Assembly (NCBI GenBank): GCA_965200315.1
Contig: OZ241362.1
Span: 2,240,001 to 2,304,000 of the forward strand
DNA length: 64,000 bases
Direction of reading: 5' to 3'
Origin: Candidatus Latescibacterota bacterium
GTDB taxonomy: Bacteria > Latescibacterota > UBA2968 > UBA8231
Shown: in pieces, positions 7,677 through 17,809 of the stretch
How the letters are laid out: the number at the start of each line of letters is the position of its first letter
Position numbering within the stretch: the first letter of the stretch is position 1
The notes under the pieces: model-generated
What the model saw: the letters and a program-made list of their open reading frames with translations, nothing else
Database searches by the model: none
What the model was told of the DNA's origin: nothing
Position numbers and translations under genes: made by a program

Positions 7677-9509
7677 ATGGAAGCAATGGCCAAGACTCTG
7701 ACCAACGGCCGCGCCAACGGCAAGGCCACGTACGACGAAAGCAAGATCAAAACTCTCTCTTCGCTCGAACACATCCGCCTGCGGACCGGCATGTACATCG
7801 GCCGCCTCGGCTCGGGTGCCGATCCCGACGACGGAATCTACATATTGCTCAAAGAGGTCGTTGACAATGCAGTCGATGAGTTCATCATGGGCTGTGGCAA
7901 GCAGATCGACGTCACAATCGACGACGGTCGCGTCTCGGTGCGCGACTACGGCCGCGGCATTCCCCTCGGCAAGGTTGTCGATTGCGTCTCGGTCATCAAT
8001 ACCGGGGCCAAATACAACGACGACGTCTTCCAGTTCAGCGTGGGGCTTAACGGCGTCGGCACCAAGGCCGTCAACGCGCTTTCGGCCCACTTCGTTGTCC
8101 GCTCCTACCGCGATGGGCGATGCGCCGAAGTGCTCTTTGAGCGTGGCGAGCTAAAAAAGCAAAAGAAGAGCCGAGCGTACAATACGCCCGACGGCACGTA
8201 CGTCGAGTTTCTGCCCGATCCGAACATCTTTGGCGAATGCGCCTTCAACCACGAGTTCGTCGAGCGCCGGATGTGGAACTACGCCTGCCTCAACCGGGGC
8301 CTGCGCCTGTACTTCAACCGCCAAAAATTCGAGTCCAAACAGGGCCTGCTCGGCCTCCTCAAAAGCGAAGCCGGCGATTCGGTTCTTTACCTGCCCGCTT
8401 ACTACAAGGGCCAGTACCTCGAATTTGCCTTCACCCACGTCGATAGCTACGGCGAGTCCTACCGCTCCTTTGTCAATGGCCAGTACACAGCCGACGGCGG
8501 CACCCACCAGAGTGCGTTCCGCGAGGGTGTGCTCAAGGGCGTCAACGAATTTTACAAGAAAACCTTCAACGGCGTCGATGTGCGCGACGGGGCCTTTGGC
8601 GTCGTCGCCGTCAAGGTCAAGGAGCCGGTTTTTGAGTCGCAGACCAAAAACAAGCTGGGCAATACCGACGTCCGCGGCTGGATCGTCAACGAGACCCGCG
8701 AAGCCATCGTCGATTTCTTGCACAAGAATCGGGAGACCGCACAAAAGCTCGAAGCGCGCATCGTCCACAACGAAAAGCTGCGCAAGGAGCTGAACGCGGT
8801 TAAAAAGGAAGCCAAGGAGGCGGCACGCCGCATTGAGATCAAAATCCCCCAGCTCAAGGACTGCAAGTACCACAAAGGCGACAAGAAGCGCGGCGAGGAG
8901 TCCATGATTTTCATCGCCGAGGGGCAGTCGGCCGCTGGCTCGATCGTCTCCTCGCGCGATCCCGAGACCCAAGCCATCTTCACCCTCAGAGGCATGCCGC
9001 AAAACCTCTATGGCAAAACCCGCGCCTCCATCTACAAAAATGAAGAACTCTACAATATGATGATGGCCCTCGGGATCGAAGAAGACATCGGCAACCTGCG
9101 CTACAACCAAGTCGTCATGGCTACCGACGCGGATATTGACGGCTTCCACATCCGCAATATCCTGATGACCTTCTTCCTCACCTATTTCGAAGAGCTAGTC
9201 ACCTCGGGGCACATCTATATCCTCGAAACCCCGCTCTTCCGGGTGCGCAACAAACAACAGACCTACTACTGCTATGATGAGCGCGATCGCCAACGCGCCG
9301 AAAAAAAGCTCAAAGGTACCGCGGAAGTCACCCGCTTCAAGGGCCTTGGCGAGATTTCCCCCAAGGAGTTTGGACAGTTTATCAACGGCGACATGCGACT
9401 GGTCAAAGTCGGCGTCCGCTCGCTGGCCACTGTCCCCGAGACCCTCTCCTTCTATATGGGCAAGAACACCCCCAACCGCCGCGACTACATTATGGAGCAT
9501 CTTGTCTAA
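7677..9509 (+). CDS. parE: Type IIA topoisomerase subunit B (topo IV ParE-like)
   Basis: HIRLRTGMYIG, EVVDNAVDE, GLNGVG (GHKL ATPase), AEGQSA and TDADIDG (Toprim), RFKGLGE. Confidence 0.9.
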   Translation: MEAMAKTLTNGRANGKATYDESKIKTLSSLEHIRLRTGMYIGRLGSGADPDDGIYILLKEVVDNAVDEFIMGCGKQIDVTIDDGRVSVRDYGRGIPLGKVVDCVSVINTGAKYNDDVFQFSVGLNGVGTKAVNALSAHFVVRSYRDGRCAEVLFERGELKKQKKSRAYNTPDGTYVEFLPDPNIFGECAFNHEFVERRMWNYACLNRGLRLYFNRQKFESKQGLLGLLKSEAGDSVLYLPAYYKGQYLEFAFTHVDSYGESYRSFVNGQYTADGGTHQSAFREGVLKGVNEFYKKTFNGVDVRDGAFGVVAVKVKEPVFESQTKNKLGNTDVRGWIVNETREAIVDFLHKNRETAQKLEARIVHNEKLRKELNAVKKEAKEAARRIEIKIPQLKDCKYHKGDKKRGEESMIFIAEGQSAAGSIVSSRDPETQAIFTLRGMPQNLYGKTRASIYKNEELYNMMMALGIEEDIGNLRYNQVVMATDADIDGFHIRNILMTFFLTYFEELVTSGHIYILETPLFRVRNKQQTYYCYDERDRQRAEKKLKGTAEVTRFKGLGEISPKEFGQFINGDMRLVKVGVRSLATVPETLSFYMGKNTPNRRDYIMEHLV

Positions 9510-11398
9510 TGGCCTATATCGACAGTCTGTACAACAACTACTTCCTCGAATACGCCTCCTACTCCATCAGGGACCGTGCAATTCCGCACATTGACGACGG
9601 GCTCAAACCCGTCCAACGCCGCATCCTCCACGCGCTACACAAGATCGACGACGGCAAGTTCCACAAGGTCGCCAACGTAGTAGGACAGACCATGCAGTAC
9701 CACCCGCACGGCGACCAGTCTATCTACGGCGCGCTCGTGGTGTTAGCCAACAAGGACCTCTTCATCGAAAAACAGGGCAACTTCGGCAACATCTACACTG
9801 GGGACGAAGCTGCCGCCGCCCGCTATATCGAGTGCCGGCTCACGCCACTGGCCAAACAGGTGCTTTTCAACAAGGCACTGACCGACTACATCGACTCCTA
9901 CGACGGTCGCAATCAGGAGCCGGTGGTTTTCCCCGCCAAGGTCCCGGTGCTGCTGGCCCAAGGTGCCGAAGGCATTGCCGTCGGCATGGCGACCAAGATA
10001 TTGCCGCACAATCTCATCGAACTGTTAGAAGCCCAAATCGCCTATTTGCAAGACCGCCCCTTCCAGCTCTATCCTGATTTTCCCACCGGCGGCCTAGCTG
10101 ATTTTTCCGCTTACAACGACGGCAACGGCAAAGTCTTAGTCCGCGCCCGGCTCGACACCGCCGACCCCAAGCGCATCGTCATCCGCGATCTCCCCTTCGG
10201 CACCACCACCGAACAACTTATCACCTCCATTGAAGACGCCGCGCGCAAAAACAAAATCAAGATCGGCACCATCTCCGACTACACGGCCGAAAACGTCGAG
10301 ATCGAAATCAAACTGCCGCGCGGCACGTACACCGAGGCGGTGGTGGATGCGCTTTACGCCTTCACCGATTGCGAGCTGTCGATTTCAGCCAACCTGATGC
10401 TGATCAACGAGCACAATCGCCCGCAAGTCATGAGTGCCACTGAAGTCTTGCAACACAACGTCGATCGCCTCGTCGATATCCTCAAGGCCGAGCTCCAGCT
10501 CGAAGCCGATCAACTCAACGACAAGCTCCACGCCAAGACCTTGGAACATATCTTTATCGAAAACCGCATCTATAAAACCATTGAGGAGCAGACCACCACG
10601 GCCGAAGTAGCCTTGGCCGTGCGCACCGGGCTTTGGCCTTTTGCCCCGCAGCTCAAACGCGATATTACCAACGACGATATCGAGACCCTGCTCAAGATCC
10701 CGATCCGCCGCATCTCGCGCTATGACATCAATCGCGCTGAAAAAGAGATGAAGGAAATCCGCACTCGACTGCGCCAGATCAAGAAGCATTTGGCTGGCAT
10801 TATCCCCTACACCATCACCTTTATCCAAGATCTCATTGACTGCTACCGCAGCCAGTTTCCGCGCCGCACTGAAATCGTGGAAATCGAAAGAGTCGATGCG
10901 CGCTCGGCTGCCAACCGCAACCTCAAGCTACGCTATGACAAAAAGACCGGCTATCTCGGCCACCAAATCAGCGGCGCCACCCTCTGCGACGTATCGCTCT
11001 ACGACTCTGTGCTCGCCATCCGCAAGGACGGCACCTACTCGGTCGAGCATGCGCCGGATAAGCTCTTCGTCGGCAAGGGCTTGCTCCACTGCGGTTTGAT
11101 GGACAAGGACCTAACTTTCAGCATCGTCTATAAGGACAAAGCCGGTGCCTCCTACATCAAACGCTGTACCATCGACAAGTTCATCTTAGGCCGCAGCTAC
11201 GATCTCGTGCCCGCCGAGTGCAAGGTGCTCAAGTTGACCACCGACTCCGACAAAAAGATCGCCCTCGCCTACAAGCCCAAGCCGCGCCTACGCAAGCTCA
11301 ACGAGGTATTCCTCATCAGCGAATATCCCGTGCGCGGGCTACGCGCCGGTGGCATTCGCCTGAGCACCAAGGAACTGGCCGGGTGTAAGCTGCTGTAA
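9509..11398 (+). CDS. parC: Type IIA topoisomerase subunit A (topo IV ParC-like)
   Basis: [22 protein letters not shown] catalytic Tyr, GIAVGMAT; short CTD without a GyrA-box. Confidence 0.88.
   Translation: MAYIDSLYNNYFLEYASYSIRDRAIPHIDDGLKPVQRRILHALHKIDDGKFHKVANVVGQTMQYHPHGDQSIYGALVVLANKDLFIEKQGNFGNIYTGDEAAAARYIECRLTPLAKQVLFNKALTDYIDSYDGRNQEPVVFPAKVPVLLAQGAEGIAVGMATKILPHNLIELLEAQIAYLQDRPFQLYPDFPTGGLADFSAYNDGNGKVLVRARLDTADPKRIVIRDLPFGTTTEQLITSIEDAARKNKIKIGTISDYTAENVEIEIKLPRGTYTEAVVDALYAFTDCELSISANLMLINEHNRPQVMSATEVLQHNVDRLVDILKAELQLEADQLNDKLHAKTLEHIFIENRIYKTIEEQTTTAEVALAVRTGLWPFAPQLKRDITNDDIETLLKIPIRRISRYDINRAEKEMKEIRTRLRQIKKHLAGIIPYTITFIQDLIDCYRSQFPRRTEIVEIERVDARSAANRNLKLRYDKKTGYLGHQISGATLCDVSLYDSVLAIRKDGTYSVEHAPDKLFVGKGLLHCGLMDKDLTFSIVYKDKAGASYIKRCTIDKFILGRSYDLVPAECKVLKLTTDSDKKIALAYKPKPRLRKLNEVFLISEYPVRGLRAGGIRLSTKELAGCKLL
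11345..11398 (+). repeat. parC 3' end, left copy of diverged 54-nt direct repeat
   Basis: Encodes [17 protein letters not shown]; matches 14149-14202 at 41/54 nt. Confidence 0.85.
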
Positions 11399-11514
11399 GT
11401 TGCGCTTAGCCCGTTGCACTGACTCAGATTTTCGCGCTGGTCGATATTTTCTATCTTATCACTGGTACGTTCGTTGCCGATCTTAACTTTTGCCTGAAAA
11501 TAGAGGATAGGGTG

Positions 11515-12301
11515 ATGTCTAATCCTAAAACAGTGGAACAACTACAGGAACATGCTGCTATCTATTGGCCATCTGAAATAGCGCATCAAGAGAAGAGTTC
11601 TAGTATTATTCCGCTGCTCCTTAAAACGCAAGATTGTTTTATAAGCGTACTTCATCTTGCATAGCTTAGGGCTTGACGGAAAAGGACTCCAGAGACGCTT
11701 TGACCTTACAGATGCCATTAGAGATGTGAGTACCCTGCTCTTATTTGGCGGTTTGTCAACCAATGACTTTTTGCCAGAAGAAATCACAGAAAAATGTATT
11801 ATTGGCTCAATGCTTGGCGACAAACCGAGGCTGGAAAAGTACATTAAAGAAAGATATATCTGGGTCAGTCGAATTACTGGAGGAGCAACATCCAACAGGA
11901 TGGGTCACCTCGCTCAAAGTTATGTAAAAGAGCGGTTGGCCAAATATCTCCCAGATTGGGACTTCTCACAAACCACAATCCCAGGTGTTAGCCAGAACGA
12001 GGGCAGAACAAATACAAAGTTTGACATCGTTGGCAAAGGTCCTAATGGTAACTATTGGGGCATTGAAGTGAGCTTCCAGTTTACGACCAACAGCGTAGTA
12101 GAACGAAAAGCTAAACTCGCCCTCGATAGACAAAGGATTCTTCAGGAAAAGGGACATAAAATTGCGTATGTAGTTGATGGTGCTGGTAACTTTGAGCGTC
12201 GATCTGCTGTGCAGGACTTGATCTACTACAGCGATTGTATTATCAATTTTAGCGATGGTGATATTATGCGTCTTGCATGCACTATGAAAGGAGACAACTA
12301 A
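11515..12301 (+). pseudogene. BanI/HgiCI-like type II restriction endonuclease, disrupted by internal deletion and frameshift
   Basis: 5' fragment 11515-11664 (MSNPKTVEQLQEHAAIYWP...IIPLLLKTQDCFISVLHLA*) and 3' fragment in another frame (ERYIWVSRITGG, IEVSFQFTTNSVVERKA, YVVDGAGNF) resemble the N- and C-terminal parts of R.BanI as I recall it; the middle is missing. Confidence 0.7.
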
Positions 12302-12302
12302 A

Positions 12303-14057
12303 ATGGCTCACCGGAGTGAAAACTGCAAACCTTTAGATATATCCACAAAGACATTTGAAGGCTTTCAAGAATTAAAGTCAACGCCACTACGCCCGAATGT
12401 ATGGCTCTTTCACTTGATAACAGAAGTTGATTTTGACGATGAATGCTCGATGGAAATTCCCACGCAAAAATTGTCCGGTTTCCTCGAAGAACTACCTGAC
12501 GAAAGCACCGTTTGTTTTTTGGCAAATTCTCGTATCGCATGCCATGTAATAGAAGCATTTCAGAACCTCGTTCACTTCAAACTTTGGATAGCTGTCAAGC
12601 GAAAAAAAGAGATCCTGAGATCAGGTGCTATACCAGATGATCATATTGCCCTTTTGGTTTTTACCTGTTACAAAGGCTCCCTAAAGCACAATAGGACTCA
12701 AATTGCATACACCTATTGTCCGGCTTGCGAAAAAACGACCAAAGACTACGGTGGCAAGAAGCATATTTATAGCCCCTACGGCACCCTTATGTCCGATATT
12801 TGGCGCGACATCTCTTACGACAACGAAACAGAGCCTATCGCCATTCTAGAAAGACTAAGTGATCTCTTTGGTCTCGCACCACATCGCCAACTCATCTACT
12901 GCGACGTCAGGAAATTTTTTAAGCTCTCTAAAAAGACAGCACTTCGCCCGGAAAACGGAAGGCTCAACGATCCCGGCGAGAGCCGCCTTCTCAACGGAGA
13001 TTGTTTAGATATTCTCAGAACCATTCCCGAAAATTCCGTAGATTTTATCTTTGCCGATCCGCCGTATAATATAAAAAAGAAATACGATAACTGGAATGAC
13101 TCCCAAGACATCAGCGACTATTTTTTATGGTGCGATCAATGGATCGCCGAATCCGCTAGGATTTTGAAGCCTGGTCGGACTTTTGCAATCATAAATATTC
13201 CCCTTTGGGTCGTCAGGCATTTTTCGTTCGCGAAAAGTATTTTAGACTACCAAGATTGGATCGCTTGGGAGGGATTGAGCTTGCCCGTCAGGCAAATTAT
13301 GCCCGCCCATTACGGAATAATTTGCCTCAGTAAAGGTCGGCCCATTGAAATTGCTAATCACGAGCAAGACGCATGTTGGGAAACGCGCCAAGACTTTATG
13401 AGCCTCAAACAATGGTATTGCGTTAGGACCTCTTGCATTAAAAAGAGAAATGCGACTCAAATTACTGATCGACAGCCTCTTGGGAACTTATGGTGGGACA
13501 TACATAGGCTAAAGCACAATTCAAAAAGAGTGGATCACCCCTGCCAACTACCTCCATCACTGATGAAGCGACTCATCCACACCTTTACCAAAGAAGGGGA
13601 CCTTGTTTTAGACCCTTTTAACGGCGCGGGTACAACGACCTTAACCGCAGAGATACTTTGCAGAAAATTCATCGGCATTGAACTATCGGCCCAATATCAC
13701 GCCATGGCCGAGCAAAGACATCTGGACCTAAAACAAGGAGAGGACCCATTTGCTAAAAACAAGGCTACTCCAAGTGTCAAAAACAGCAGGGTCTCACGAC
13801 TGCAAAAAAGGAAATACGAAGTACCCAAGAAAACACTACAAATCGAAGTTAAAGAGCTTGCGATCAAACTGGGGCGCAGGCCCGACAGAGAAGATGTCAT
13901 CCAGTTTAGCAAATATCCAATTCGCTATTTCGACGAATACTTCATCGACTGGGGTGAGGTGTGTAGTGCGGTCGGCGACAAGGGAATGACTGAAGATTCT
14001 TCTCGCTCGTTCCGCCCTGTGCCCGAGGATCGGCAAATGGAACTTTTTTTTAGCTAG
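12303..14057 (+). CDS. Beta-class N4-C/N6-A DNA methyltransferase with N- and C-terminal extensions
   Basis: FADPPY (motif IV) precedes LDPFNGAGTT (motif I); HPCQLP; N-terminal region with CPAC; C-terminal helical module. Confidence 0.88.
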   Translation: MAHRSENCKPLDISTKTFEGFQELKSTPLRPNVWLFHLITEVDFDDECSMEIPTQKLSGFLEELPDESTVCFLANSRIACHVIEAFQNLVHFKLWIAVKRKKEILRSGAIPDDHIALLVFTCYKGSLKHNRTQIAYTYCPACEKTTKDYGGKKHIYSPYGTLMSDIWRDISYDNETEPIAILERLSDLFGLAPHRQLIYCDVRKFFKLSKKTALRPENGRLNDPGESRLLNGDCLDILRTIPENSVDFIFADPPYNIKKKYDNWNDSQDISDYFLWCDQWIAESARILKPGRTFAIINIPLWVVRHFSFAKSILDYQDWIAWEGLSLPVRQIMPAHYGIICLSKGRPIEIANHEQDACWETRQDFMSLKQWYCVRTSCIKKRNATQITDRQPLGNLWWDIHRLKHNSKRVDHPCQLPPSLMKRLIHTFTKEGDLVLDPFNGAGTTTLTAEILCRKFIGIELSAQYHAMAEQRHLDLKQGEDPFAKNKATPSVKNSRVSRLQKRKYEVPKKTLQIEVKELAIKLGRRPDREDVIQFSKYPIRYFDEYFIDWGEVCSAVGDKGMTEDSSRSFRPVPEDRQMELFFS

Positions 14058-14148
14058 AGTACTAAGTCATCAGAAAGGACTGTTGTACATAGGGACTCAG
14101 CACTTCGGTAACTCGAAAACCGAGATGGAATTCCTCGTCCATCACCAC

Positions 14149-14202
14149 GCCGGCGGCATCCGCTTGAGTACCAAAGAGTTAGAAGGCTGCAAGCTGCTGT
14201 GA
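14149..14202 (+). repeat. Orphan copy of parC 3' end (right boundary of RM cassette)
   Basis: GCC GGC GGC ATC CGC TTG AGT ACC AAA GAG TTA GAA GGC TGC AAG CTG CTG TGA = [17 protein letters not shown]. Confidence 0.85.
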
Positions 14203-14205
14203 TGG

Positions 14206-14850
14206 CTATCCGAGCTTGGCCAACCACGCACGCATAGCGCCTGGATCCTCTTTGAACATCAGCGAGCCGGGGACTATATAGTCGGCACCGGCTCGCGCAA
14301 TCTGCGGCACAGTGTGGCGGCGAATCCCGCCGTCAGCCTCCACCACGGTCGCCAAGCCGCGCCGGTCAATTTCGTTCCTAGCCCGGCGAATCCTAGCGGG
14401 GGCCTGCGGGTCCATATCGGCTCCCTTGATCCCGGCAGCCGTGTTCAGCAGCGTCAGCACATCTAGCAGCGGCCAATAGGAATCGAGCAGGTCGAGATCC
14501 TCTTCCAGCAACAGCGAGACTCCGGCCTGAAGTCCCCTCGCCTTGATCGCTTCCAGCACGGTTCCCGGATCAGCGGTCGAGTCAAAGCAGATGATAAGGG
14601 CGTCGGCACCCGCCTCGGCAAACGGGTCAATCCACGCGGCCGGATCGGTGGTCATCAGGTGCATTTCAAAGGGGCGATCCGTATGCGGCCGCAGTGCCGC
14701 CACTAGATCTGGGAAAAACAGCAGGGTCGGCGCGTAATGGCCATCGGCCACGTCGAGGTGGAAGCGCTCCGAATAGGGTGCGACGCGCTGGATGTCAGCC
14801 GCGAGATTGGCCAGATCGGCCGACCACAGGGAAGTTGCACACTTGAGCAT
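14206..14850 (-). CDS. rpe: Ribulose-phosphate 3-epimerase family protein
   Basis: SLWSAD, FHLDVADGHY, HLM, EADGGI, PGS motifs. Confidence 0.85.
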   Translation of the reverse strand: MLKCATSLWSADLANLAADIQRVAPYSERFHLDVADGHYAPTLLFFPDLVAALRPHTDRPFEMHLMTTDPAAWIDPFAEAGADALIICFDSTADPGTVLEAIKARGLQAGVSLLLEEDLDLLDSYWPLLDVLTLLNTAAGIKGADMDPQAPARIRRARNEIDRRGLATVVEADGGIRRHTVPQIARAGADYIVPGSLMFKEDPGAMRAWLAKLG

Positions 14851-15063
14851 CGCGGACCTCTGCCAATAAGCGGACGGAATGGAGGCACCCAATATAGGAC
14901 AACGCTAGGGACTAGCCTATTTGCTTTTGTATCAGAGGGCACTGTTATTTTTATCCAGCATCTACAACATATCTAGCTTCCTGCAATGACGACTGTTCTG
15001 CGTCCATCTGCGGATAATTTTACAAACGATTTAGGGTTGCTATATCACCACAAGGAAAACACC

Positions 15064-16887
15064 ATGACTGCTACTCCGATCATCATGGACTGGGACCTGA
15101 CGAGCTATTTCGCTGAATTTGATGGCCCGGCCATGCGGCAATTCAAAGACAAACTGCAACGGGATATTGCAGCGGCACGTCAGCAAGCCGCCGCCTTAGC
15201 ACCGCTTGCCGAGGCCAATGCCGCCGCTTGGGAGGGCGTGTTCCTCCGGACTGAGGGGCTGACTGACCGCCTCTCCCATTTGGGCTCCTACCTCGGCTGC
15301 CTCACCGCGGCGGACGCCGACAATGAGGACTACGCCCGCGAGGAAGCCGCCTTTGCCCTGCTAGCGGCCGAGAGCGAAAAGCTCGATGTCGAACTCCTGT
15401 GCGCACTCAAGGACACCTCGGACGAAATGTTTGCCAAGTTTGTTCAACGGCCCGCCTTGGCCGACTGCGGCCACTTCCTCGGCCGCCAGCGCGAAGACGC
15501 CCAGCGCACCATGAGCCCGGAGAAGGAGATCCTCTCTGCCGACCTCGGGGTCGACGGTCTCCACGCCTGGGACCGCCTCTACGACTCAATTTCCGGCAAG
15601 CTCGAATTCGACATGGCGTTTCCCGATGGCCGCACCGAGCACCGCCCCATGTCGCAGCGCCGCGCCCTGATGGAAGATCCCGACCGCCGAGTCCGCCAAG
15701 CCGCCTTCGATGGCGGCAATCGGGCCTGGGAAACCATGGAAGACGTCGCCGCCGCCGCGCTCAACGCCATCTCGGGGACGCGGCTGACCCTTAACCAGCA
15801 TCGCGGCGTGGATCACTTTCTCGATGTCGCTCGCTTTCAAGCGTCTGTTTCGCCCAAGACCCTCGACGCGATGTTCGCGGCTATCGCCGAGCAAATCGAA
15901 CTGCCGCGCCGCATCCTCGCCCTCAAGTCGCAACTCATGGGCATTGAGGGCGTCGCCTGGTACGATCTGGGTGCGCCGCTACCGCTGCCCGACCAAGGGC
16001 AACTCTCTTGGGAAGAGGGCACGGATCTCGTCGTCCGCTCCTTTGCGGCGGCCTACCCACGCCTAGGCGAGTTCCTCGGCCAAGTCTGCGAACGCCAATG
16101 GATCGAGCACGCGCCCCGCCCCGGCAAGCGGCCCGGCGCTTTTTGCACTGGCTCGCTGTTGACCCGCGAGTCCCGCGTCTATATGACTTACAACGACACC
16201 CTCGGCGATGTGCTCACGCTCGCCCACGAGGTCGGCCACGCCTTCCACAGCTACATCATGCGCGACGTGCGCACCTACGCCCACTTCTACCCGATGACGC
16301 TGGCCGAATCGGCCTCTACCTTCGGCGAAATGATCCTCACCGAGGGCATCCTCGCCGACCCTTCCTTCAGCCCGGCCCAAAAGGCCAGTGCCCTCGACCA
16401 AGAAATTGGCCACGGCGCGATCTTCCTGCTCGACATCCCGGTGCGCTACCAGTTCGAGAAAAAGCTCTACGAGGAGCGCACCGACGGCGAACTCACGGTC
16501 AGTCGCCTCAAAGAGCTGATGGTCGAAACCCAGCGCGACGTCTTCGGCGACGCACTCGCGCAGGGGGGCGAAGACCCCTACTTCTGGGCCTCGAAACTCC
16601 ACTTTTACATCACTGGCGTGACCTTCTACAACTTCCCTTACACCTTTGGCTTCCTGCTCAGTCGCGGCCTGTATTCAATGTTCAAACAAGAGGGCCGCGA
16701 CTTTCTTCCCCGCTACGAGGAATTCCTGCGCCTCACCGGCAGCGACACGGCCGAGGGCGTGGCGCGCCGTGCCCTCGGTCGCGACCTCGAAGACACTCAG
16801 TTCTGGACCGAGGCCATCCAGACCTTGGAGGCCCCGTTGGCCGAGTTAGAGAAATTGCTACCCGAGGTTCTACCTGATCATTCGTAA
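15064..16887 (+). CDS. pepF: M3B oligoendopeptidase F
   Basis: WDL N-terminus, GKRPGAFC, HEVGH zincin motif, AESASTFGE, FYNFPYTFG. Confidence 0.9.
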   Translation: MTATPIIMDWDLTSYFAEFDGPAMRQFKDKLQRDIAAARQQAAALAPLAEANAAAWEGVFLRTEGLTDRLSHLGSYLGCLTAADADNEDYAREEAAFALLAAESEKLDVELLCALKDTSDEMFAKFVQRPALADCGHFLGRQREDAQRTMSPEKEILSADLGVDGLHAWDRLYDSISGKLEFDMAFPDGRTEHRPMSQRRALMEDPDRRVRQAAFDGGNRAWETMEDVAAAALNAISGTRLTLNQHRGVDHFLDVARFQASVSPKTLDAMFAAIAEQIELPRRILALKSQLMGIEGVAWYDLGAPLPLPDQGQLSWEEGTDLVVRSFAAAYPRLGEFLGQVCERQWIEHAPRPGKRPGAFCTGSLLTRESRVYMTYNDTLGDVLTLAHEVGHAFHSYIMRDVRTYAHFYPMTLAESASTFGEMILTEGILADPSFSPAQKASALDQEIGHGAIFLLDIPVRYQFEKKLYEERTDGELTVSRLKELMVETQRDVFGDALAQGGEDPYFWASKLHFYITGVTFYNFPYTFGFLLSRGLYSMFKQEGRDFLPRYEEFLRLTGSDTAEGVARRALGRDLEDTQFWTEAIQTLEAPLAELEKLLPEVLPDHS

Positions 16888-16938
16888 GAAGTCGGCAGAC
16901 TCTTCGCGCTCCAGCCACCCGCAACCCCAAGGATTCCC

Positions 16939-17694
16939 ATGTTGCGCTTACTTCTAGTTTTCCTCTTTTGCATCGGTTCAGCCCACGCCGCCGACAATCC
17001 CCCGGCCCCCGGCTTCAACGCCGCTGGTTCCGATCCCAAGGCTATCGCCTTAGCAGACGAAGTCATGGCCGCGATGGGTGGCCGCGCCAACTGGGACGCT
17101 ACCCGCTACATCACTTGGCGTTTTTTTGGTTTTCGCTTACACGTGTGGGACAAGTGGACCGGGGACATTCGCTTCGAGCAGGGCGATCTGACGGTGCTGA
17201 TGAATATCCACAGCAAAGAGGGCCGCGCCTTCTCCGCTAGGGAGGAAATCAGCGATCCCGACACGCTCGCGGCCAAGCTCGACCACGGCTACCGCTCTTG
17301 GATCAACGACTCGTACTGGCTGGTCATGCCTTACAAGCTCAAGGACACCGGCGTCACCTTGCGCTATCGGGGCCTAGAATCCACCGAGGACGGCCGCCCT
17401 GCCGAAGTGCTGGAACTCACGTTCAAAGATGTCGGCGTCACCCCGCACAACAAGTACGCGGTCTGGATCGACCAAGAATCGCGGTTAGTGACCCAATGGG
17501 CGTTCTACCGCGAGGCCGCCGACGCCGAACCGGGCTTTATCGGCCCCTGGACCAACTGGCAGCGCCACGGATCCATTTTGCTCTCCGACGGTCGCGGCGA
17601 GCGTCAGCACACCGATGTGGCGGTCTTAGACAAATTGGCGCGCTCGGTTTTCACGAGTCCGGCCCCGCTGGATTGCTCTTGCCTTCTCGAGTAA
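16939..17694 (+). CDS. Conserved secreted hypothetical protein
   Basis: Signal peptide; AMGG..NW and WINDSYWLVMPYKL motif. Confidence 0.7.
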   Translation: MLRLLLVFLFCIGSAHAADNPPAPGFNAAGSDPKAIALADEVMAAMGGRANWDATRYITWRFFGFRLHVWDKWTGDIRFEQGDLTVLMNIHSKEGRAFSAREEISDPDTLAAKLDHGYRSWINDSYWLVMPYKLKDTGVTLRYRGLESTEDGRPAEVLELTFKDVGVTPHNKYAVWIDQESRLVTQWAFYREAADAEPGFIGPWTNWQRHGSILLSDGRGERQHTDVAVLDKLARSVFTSPAPLDCSCLLE

Positions 17695-17731
17695 ATAGGC
17701 CACTGCACTGCTAGGCCGATATAGTCAACGC

Positions 17732-17764
17732 AAAAAAGCCGACCCAGCTATTGGGTCGGCTTTT
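17732..17764. terminator. Bidirectional rho-independent terminator
   Basis: AAAAGCCGACCCA-gctat-TGGGTCGGCTTTT. Confidence 0.85.
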
Positions 17765-17788
17765 ACTTTTGCATGAGGCGCGTTCAGC

Positions 17789-17809
17789 TCAGGCTGCCCG
17801 CAGTTCATT
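17789..17809 (-). repeat. Orphan copy of phyH 3' end (left boundary of helicase cassette)
   Basis: Minus strand AAT GAA CTG CGG GCA GCC TGA = NELRAA*; 18/21 nt identical to 23534-23554, all differences synonymous. Confidence 0.7.
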
